64,000 nt of DNA. Origin: Candidatus Eiseniibacteriota bacterium (GTDB lineage Bacteria > Eisenbacteria > RBG-16-71-46). The notes beneath the pieces are model-generated. The model was not told where the DNA came from, did no database searches, and was given only the letters and a program-made list of their open reading frames with translations. The stretch spans positions 1,120,001 through 1,184,000 of the forward strand of contig CAVUWA010000002.1 in NCBI GenBank assembly GCA_963744995.1, written 5' to 3'. Position 1 is the stretch's first letter. Every line of letters begins with the position of its first letter. A program made the translations under genes and the position numbers. Below are positions 58,516 through 64,000 of this stretch, piece after piece.

Positions 58516-59055
58516 GTGAGGCCCGGCGGGCGGCTCCACGTGGATGAACGCGTGCGCAGCGTCTTTCTGGGGACGTCCGGACTCGCGATCGTGCTGGCCG
58601 TCGCGGTGGGGCTGGCGCTCGCCCGCCCTGCAGGGTCGGGGGATCCGGACGCACGCCGCCGGGCGCGATTCGCCGCCTGGCTGGCGATCGGGATCCAGGG
58701 CGCGCACTTCGTCGAAGAGCTGCTGTCCGGATTCCGGATCTGGTTTCCGGAGCAGCTCGGCCTCGCGCCGTGGTCCGCGGCGTTCTTCGTCGGCTTCAAC
58801 GTGAGCTGGCTCGCGATCTGGATCCTGGCCGTGCTCGCCGCCGGCCGCATGCGGCTCGCGGTGGACGCCGCGCTGCTCTTCCTCGCGATGGCGTCGATGG
58901 TGAACGGCATCGCCCATCCGCTGCTGGCGCTGCGGGAGGGCGCGTATGTGCCCGGCCTGGTCACGGCGCCGTTCGCGGGGGCGGCGGGGTGGCTGCTCTG
59001 GCGCGCACGCTGGGCGCTGCGCAAGCCGTCCGTGCCGGTGCCGGGAGTCCGGTGA
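58516..59055 (+). CDS. HXXEE-domain membrane protein
   Basis: HFVEE, NGIAH, Y.PGL.TA; start 58516 or 58540. Confidence 0.8.
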   Translation: MRPGGRLHVDERVRSVFLGTSGLAIVLAVAVGLALARPAGSGDPDARRRARFAAWLAIGIQGAHFVEELLSGFRIWFPEQLGLAPWSAAFFVGFNVSWLAIWILAVLAAGRMRLAVDAALLFLAMASMVNGIAHPLLALREGAYVPGLVTAPFAGAAGWLLWRARWALRKPSVPVPGVR

Positions 59056-59231
59056 GCACGCCGCCGCGTCAGCGGTGATGGCGGTTCTTCAACCGGCCTC
59101 AGCTCGACGGCCGGACGGGAAGGACGAAGGCGTCGTCGAGCTCCCCCGTCGCGCAGACGCCGTATCCGTCGGGAACGGTCTGCGGCGGCAACAGCCCGCC
59201 GGGGAGATGCATCTTGCCGTCGTCCTCCCGC

Positions 59232-59260
59232 TTGACCCTCCTCGCACCCCCTCCTAGACT
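59232..59260 (+). promoter_or_regulatory. sigma70-type promoter of the fol-pan operon
   Basis: TTGACC-N17-TAGACT. Confidence 0.65.
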
Positions 59261-59338
59261 CCAGCCGCGTTTCGGGTTGGACGCGCGCGCGGCGGTCGGC
59301 CGAGGGGTCGCCCGCCTTTCCACTTGGGAGGCAACGCG

Positions 59339-59803
59339 TTGGCGATCATCCGCCTCGAGGGTCTGTCCCTGTTCGGCCATCACGGTGCCCGGCCTTTCGA
59401 AAAGGAGGCCGGGCAGCGCATCGACATCGATCTCGAGCTGGTCTCGCTCGACGATCGCGCCGAGACCAGCGACCGGCTGGCCGACGCGGTGGACTACGAC
59501 CAGCTGAACCGCACGGTTCGCGAGGTGGTGGAGGGGCAGAGTTTCCACCTGCTCGAGGCGCTCGGCGCGGCCGTGGCGGCGGCGGTGCTCGCGCGCTTCC
59601 CGGTGCGGCGCGTGCACGTGCGGCTCGCCAAGCAGAACCTGGGCTGGACCACGGGCGGCCGCGCGGTGATCGAGATCACGCGCGAGCGGTCCGAACGCGA
59701 GGTCGCCACGCTCGTCCGCCGCCGCCGCGCGAAACCGAAGGCGGCGCGGAAGAAGGCCGCGAAGCAGGCGCCGCGGCGCGCGGCGCGAAGGCGGATCCGA
59801 TGA
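59339..59803 (+). CDS. folB: Dihydroneopterin aldolase with basic C-terminal tail
   Basis: FGHHG...EK..GQ, SD.L.DAVDY, F.LLEAL; TTG start after GGGAGG. Confidence 0.92.
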   Translation: MAIIRLEGLSLFGHHGARPFEKEAGQRIDIDLELVSLDDRAETSDRLADAVDYDQLNRTVREVVEGQSFHLLEALGAAVAAAVLARFPVRRVHVRLAKQNLGWTTGGRAVIEITRERSEREVATLVRRRRAKPKAARKKAAKQAPRRAARRRIR

Positions 59804-60294
59804 AGGCGTACGTGGGGCTCGGCTCGAATCTCGGCGACCGCGAGGCGATGATCCGTATCGCGCTCGACGATCTGGCGCGCGTGCCGGGCACCCGGGTGCT
59901 GCGCGCCTCGTCGCTCTACGATACCGAGCCGGTGGGCGACGAGGAGCAGCCGCACTTCCTGAACGCGGTCGCCGAGATCGACACCGAGCTCACCGCGCGG
60001 CAGCTGCTCTGGAACCTGCTGCTGATCGAGAAGCGGCTCGGCCGCGTGCGTACGCACCGCTACGGGCCGCGCACGATCGATCTCGATCTGCTGACCTACG
60101 GCCACCTGGTGATCGACGAGCCGGATCTGCAGGTGCCGCATCCGGAGATGGCGAAGCGCTCGTTCGTGCTCGTTCCGCTGCTCGAGATCGATCCGCTCGC
60201 CACGCATCCGGTGACCGGGGAGCCGCTGGTGACGCTGCTCGAGAAGATCTCGACGCGCCCACCGACGCGCCGCGGGTCGCGGCTCTGGAACTAG
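59800..60294 (+). CDS. folK: 6-hydroxymethyl-7,8-dihydropterin pyrophosphokinase
   Basis: YVGLGSNLGDR, FLNAV, GPRTIDLDLL, PHP....R.FVL.PL. Confidence 0.97.
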   Translation: MKAYVGLGSNLGDREAMIRIALDDLARVPGTRVLRASSLYDTEPVGDEEQPHFLNAVAEIDTELTARQLLWNLLLIEKRLGRVRTHRYGPRTIDLDLLTYGHLVIDEPDLQVPHPEMAKRSFVLVPLLEIDPLATHPVTGEPLVTLLEKISTRPPTRRGSRLWN

Positions 60295-60295
60295 G

Positions 60296-60946
60296 ATGCC
60301 CGACAACCGCTACGTCGTCGTCGAGGGCGTGATCGGGGTCGGCAAGACCAGCCTGGCGAAGATGCTCACCGAGCGGCTGCAGGCGAAGCTCGTGCTCGAG
60401 GAGGTCGAAGAGAACCCGTTTCTCAAGGACTTCTATCGTGATCGCGAGCGCTTCGCGTTTCAGACGCAGATGCACTTCCTGTTCTCGCGCTACCAGCAGC
60501 AGCGTTCGCTCGGACAGCAGGAACTGTTCTCGGATCGCACGATCAGCGACTATCTGTTCCAGAAGGACCGCATCTTCGCCGGCCTCACGCTGTCGGATCG
60601 CGAGCTGGCGCTGTACGAGCGCCTGGTCGCCTGGCTGGAGCTGGACGTGGTGAAGCCGGATGTGGTGGTGTATCTGCAGGCGAAGACCGACACGCTCATG
60701 GACCGCATCACCCGCCGGGCGCGGCCGTTCGAGAAAGACATGGACCGTGCCTACATCGAGCAGCTCAACGAGGCCTACAATCACTTCTTCTTCCACTACA
60801 CGGAGGCGCCGCTGCTGGTGGTCAACACGAACGGCATCGACTTCGTGAAGAATCCGGAAGATTTCGAGGACCTGCGCAAGCGGATCGTGTCGCACCGTGA
60901 AGGCACGGTGTACTACACGCCGCTGGAACGGGGGCGAGCCACATGA
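60296..60946 (+). CDS. Deoxynucleoside kinase
   Basis: VEGVIGVGKTSL, ENPFL..FY, F.TQ..FL.SR. Confidence 0.93.
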   Translation: MPDNRYVVVEGVIGVGKTSLAKMLTERLQAKLVLEEVEENPFLKDFYRDRERFAFQTQMHFLFSRYQQQRSLGQQELFSDRTISDYLFQKDRIFAGLTLSDRELALYERLVAWLELDVVKPDVVVYLQAKTDTLMDRITRRARPFEKDMDRAYIEQLNEAYNHFFFHYTEAPLLVVNTNGIDFVKNPEDFEDLRKRIVSHREGTVYYTPLERGRAT

Positions 60947-61779
60947 GCAGCCAGTCCACGGTCGGCGCGCGCAAGAATCCGCGCGCGAAGGTCACCGCGC
61001 CCATGGTGATCGACATGAAGCGCAAGGGCGAGCGGATCGCGGTGCTCACGGCGTACGACTACCCGATGGCGGTGCTGGCCGACGAGGCGGGCGCGGAAAT
61101 CATCCTCGTCGGCGACAGCCTCGGCACGGTGGTGCTCGGTTACGAGAGCACGCTGCCGGTGACGCTCGATGACATGCTGCACCACGTGAAGCCGGTCGTG
61201 CGCGCGAAGACGGCGGCGATGGTGGTCGGCGACATGCCGTTCATGTCCTACCAGGTGAGCGTCGAGCAGGCGGTCCAGACCGCCGGCCGGCTGATCCAGG
61301 AAGGCGGCGCCGACGCGGTGAAGCTGGAGGGCGGCGAACGGGTCGCGCCCGCGATCCGGCGGATCGTGGAGATCGGCATTCCGGTGATGGGCCATCTGGG
61401 CCTCACGCCGCAGTCGGTGCTGGGGATGGGCGGCTACCGCGTGCAGGGTCGCGGCGAGGCCGATCAGGAGCGGCTGATGCGCGAGGCGCAGCTGCTCGAG
61501 GCGGCCGGCTGCTTCGCGATCGTGCTCGAGAGCATCCCGGCCCGCCTCGGCGCGTCGGTGAGCGCGGCGCTGCGGATCCCGACGATCGGCATCGGCGCGG
61601 GCGTCGATTGCGACGGCCAGGTGCTGGTGAGCTACGACCTGCTCGGGCTCTACCTGGGCCGCACGGCGAAGTTCGTGCGGAAGTACGCCGATCTCGCCGA
61701 ACAGACCCGCGACGCGTTCGGCCGCTACGTAGCCGACGTCAAAGCACGGCGTTTCCCCGACGAGAAGGAAACCTATTGA
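60943..61779 (+). CDS. panB: 3-methyl-2-oxobutanoate hydroxymethyltransferase
   Basis: LTAYD, LVGDSLG, DMPFMSY, VKLEGG, HLGLTPQS, IGIGAG..CDGQVLV. Confidence 0.97.
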   Translation: MSSQSTVGARKNPRAKVTAPMVIDMKRKGERIAVLTAYDYPMAVLADEAGAEIILVGDSLGTVVLGYESTLPVTLDDMLHHVKPVVRAKTAAMVVGDMPFMSYQVSVEQAVQTAGRLIQEGGADAVKLEGGERVAPAIRRIVEIGIPVMGHLGLTPQSVLGMGGYRVQGRGEADQERLMREAQLLEAAGCFAIVLESIPARLGASVSAALRIPTIGIGAGVDCDGQVLVSYDLLGLYLGRTAKFVRKYADLAEQTRDAFGRYVADVKARRFPDEKETY

Positions 61780-61847
61780 GCGCCCGGCGCGACACGTCCC
61801 GCTCGGGCGCCGCCGGGCGCCCGGCCGCGGTGCGGCGGCGGCGGATC

Positions 61848-62696
61848 ATGCGTTGTGATCGCCGCATCGCCACCGTGCGCCGCACGCTTGCACGGTGGCG
61901 CGCGACGGGCCGGACGATCGCGTTCGTGCCGACGATGGGCGGCATCCACGAAGGGCACCTGAGCCTCGTCCGTCGGGCGCACGAGAGCGCCGACCGCGTG
62001 GTCGTGAGCATCTTCGTGAACCCGCTCCAGTTCGGGCCCAGGGAGGACTACCGGCGTTATCCGCGCCCGCGACTGCGCGACCGGGTGCTGCTCCGCGCGG
62101 CCGGGGTCGATCTGCTGTGGGAGCCCGAGGTCAGGGATCTGTATCCGGACGGCCACCTCACCCGGGTGCGGGTCCGCGAGCTGGACGAGACCCTCGAAGG
62201 GTTCGCGCGGCCGGGCCACTTCGAAGGCGTGGCGACGGTGGTGCTCAAGCTGCTGAACGTGGTGAGGCCCGATGTGCTGTGGATGGGGCAGAAGGATGCC
62301 CAGCAGGCGATCGTGGTCGAGCGTATGGTCGAGGATCTGCTGCTGCCGGTAAAGGTCCGGCGCGGGGTGACCGTGCGCGAACACGACGGGCTCGCGTTGT
62401 CGTCGCGCAACGCCTACCTCACGAAGGCGCAGCGGGCGGATGCGGTGGGTCTGTCGCGCGGCCTGGCCGCCGCGCTCGAAGCACTGCGCGCCGGCGAGCG
62501 CGACGCAGCGAAGCTGCGCCGGCGCGTGAGCGGCACGCTGAAGCGCTTCCCGCTGGTCGAAACGGACTACGTGGCCGTGGTCGACGCGGTGACGCTGCGT
62601 CCGGTCAAGCGCGTGCGGGGCCGCGTGCTGGTGGCGGTGGCGGCACGCATCGGCCGGGCGCGTCTGATCGACAACCTCGAGTGGGAGCCCGCGTGA
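61848..62696 (+). CDS. panC: Pantoate--beta-alanine ligase
   Basis: FVPTMG.IHEGH, SIFVNPLQF, RPGHF.GV, GQKDAQQ, LSSRN, RLIDN; alternative TTG start at 61776. Confidence 0.96.
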   Translation: MRCDRRIATVRRTLARWRATGRTIAFVPTMGGIHEGHLSLVRRAHESADRVVVSIFVNPLQFGPREDYRRYPRPRLRDRVLLRAAGVDLLWEPEVRDLYPDGHLTRVRVRELDETLEGFARPGHFEGVATVVLKLLNVVRPDVLWMGQKDAQQAIVVERMVEDLLLPVKVRRGVTVREHDGLALSSRNAYLTKAQRADAVGLSRGLAAALEALRAGERDAAKLRRRVSGTLKRFPLVETDYVAVVDAVTLRPVKRVRGRVLVAVAARIGRARLIDNLEWEPA

Positions 62697-63463
62697 CCAC
62701 CTTCCGACATCCGGGGGTGGTCGCCCTCGTGCTGGCCGCGGGCCAGGGCACGCGCATGAAGAGCGACATGGCGAAGGTGCTGCACGAGATGTCCGGACGC
62801 ACGCTGCTCGGCCACGTCCTGCAGACGCTGAACGAGCTCGGCGTCGGCCGGGTGCTGGTCGTCGTGGGGCATCAGCGCGAACGCGTGCAGGAGCGTTTCC
62901 GCGAGGCGGGGGTGGAATGGGTGATCCAGGCCGAGCAGCGCGGCACCGGACACGCCGTGCTCATGGCGGGTCCCGTGCTCGAGGACTTCCAGGGCACGCT
63001 GCTCGTGGTCTGCGGTGACACGCCGCTGTTGCGCGCGTCGACGCTCGATGCGCTGCTGCGCGGCCACGAGACCTCGGCGGCCGCGGTGACCGTGCTGTCC
63101 ATGCGGCTGCCCGATCCCGCCGGCTACGGCCGCATGATCCGCGGCGAAGGCGACGACCTCGAAGCGATCGTCGAACACCGCGACGCCAGCCCCGCACAGC
63201 GCGCGATCGACGAGGTCAATTCGGGGATCTACGCGTTCCGCTACCCGGACCTGGCGGTCGTGCTCAGCGGTCTCACCGCGAACAACTCGCAGGGCGAGTA
63301 CTACCTCACCGACGCGGTCTCGCTGCTCCGGCGCGCCGGTCGCAGGGCTGCGGTGGTCTGCGCCGACGACTATCGCGAGCTGCTGGGGGTCAACACCGTG
63401 GAGCAGCTCGACGACGCGGCCCGCGTTTACGCGGAGTTCCACGGCGGCGGGCGGAGCGGCTGA
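62693..63463 (+). CDS. GlmU-like uridylyltransferase domain only (no acetyltransferase domain)
   Basis: LAAGQGTRMKS..AKVLH, Q.EQRGTGHAV, GDTPLL, GYGR, EVNSGIY, QGEYYLTD, GVN; stops before the hexapeptide repeats. Confidence 0.88.
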   Translation: MTTFRHPGVVALVLAAGQGTRMKSDMAKVLHEMSGRTLLGHVLQTLNELGVGRVLVVVGHQRERVQERFREAGVEWVIQAEQRGTGHAVLMAGPVLEDFQGTLLVVCGDTPLLRASTLDALLRGHETSAAAVTVLSMRLPDPAGYGRMIRGEGDDLEAIVEHRDASPAQRAIDEVNSGIYAFRYPDLAVVLSGLTANNSQGEYYLTDAVSLLRRAGRRAAVVCADDYRELLGVNTVEQLDDAARVYAEFHGGGRSG

Positions 63464-64000
63464 TGGCGCGTGAGGGTCTGGAACGGCTCTGGTCGCCCTG
63501 GCGCATGAAGTACATCCGCAAGGCCGACGCGCCCGCCGGCTGCCTGTTCTGCCGCGTGCAGCGTGCGCGTGCCGATCGTCCGCACCTGGTGCTCGCGCGC
63601 CGCCCCGCGGCGCTGCTGATGCTCAATCGCTTTCCCTACAACCCCGGGCATCTGATGGTCGCGGTGCGGCGTCACGTGGCGCGGTTCACCGATCTGACGC
63701 CGCCCGAGCGCGACGATCTCGTCGCGCTCACCGGCCTCGCGGAGCGGGCGCTCGAAATCGAGTACGAGCCGCACGGGATGAACTACGGTCTCAACGTCGG
63801 CCGGGTGGCCGGCGCCGGCTTCCCGGGGCATCTGCATCTGCACCTGGTGCCGCGCTGGAACGGCGACACCAACTTCATGACGGCGGTGGCCGGCACGCGC
63901 GTGCTGCCGGAGTCGCTGGGGGCGACGTGGACACGCCTGCGCCGCGCGGTGCGCCGGCTCGAGGCCGCGCCGCCACGGCGGACCAGGGCGAAGGACGCGC
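63463..64000 (+). CDS. HIT-family protein (Ap4A hydrolase/phosphorylase-like), partial
   Basis: LWSPWRM.YI, CLFC, LN.FPYNPGHLMV, HLHLHLVPRW.GDTNFM; no stop before the window end. Confidence 0.9.
   Translation, partial: MAREGLERLWSPWRMKYIRKADAPAGCLFCRVQRARADRPHLVLARRPAALLMLNRFPYNPGHLMVAVRRHVARFTDLTPPERDDLVALTGLAERALEIEYEPHGMNYGLNVGRVAGAGFPGHLHLHLVPRWNGDTNFMTAVAGTRVLPESLGATWTRLRRAVRRLEAAPPRRTRAKDA

Noticed and set aside
59099..59212. 37-codon minus-strand ORF (MHLPGGLLPPQ...) with GGGAGG upstream
   Set aside because: No recognisable motif; the apparent RBS abuts the folB promoter region and could be chance.

Overview
Very GC-rich (roughly 70% by eye) bacterial chromosomal window. I found no rRNA, tRNA, CRISPR array or mobile element. 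About 64 CDSs in five blocks. (1) 0.6-10 kb is a regulatory island made of flagellar-type regulators with no flagellar structural gene in the window. It holds sigma28-promoter-driven csrA and an FlgM-like ORF, then a PAS kinase/sigma54 activator pair. A sigma54-promoter-driven operon follows, encoding a lone receiver, a stand-alone FliA-like sigma region 4, a small unknown protein, FlhG/FleN, FliA/WhiG (sigma28), a DHp-only protein, a degenerate GGDEF and a hybrid kinase. (2) 10-35 kb is mostly envelope and glycosylation genes: pseudo BY-kinase, degenerate GT, epimerase, Wzi, three GT-C proteins, GT2, wecB, a deacetylase and a beta-barrel. valS, a cyclophilin, a ClC channel and rlpA lie among them. 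(3) maeB-uvrB-nadC-birA-tatC-coaX-M28 peptidase-TolB-like-groEL. (4) A sigma54-controlled PEP-CTERM-like microprotein, ygfZ, dapE/dapC/dapD and a small decaying patch. (5) folB-folK-dNK-panB-panC-short glmU-HIT. The best candidate for an undescribed system is a flagellar-type sigma54-to-sigma28 cascade apparently rewired to surface functions. Four T(C/T/G)(A/G)AG-N15-G(C/T)CGATA(A/C) motifs point at csrA-flgM, the fliA operon itself, an oxidoreductase-wecB-GT-C operon and an outer-membrane barrel. A sigma4-only FliA paralogue could release sigma28 from FlgM without flagellar export. All assignments come from reading motifs by eye; no database search was run.
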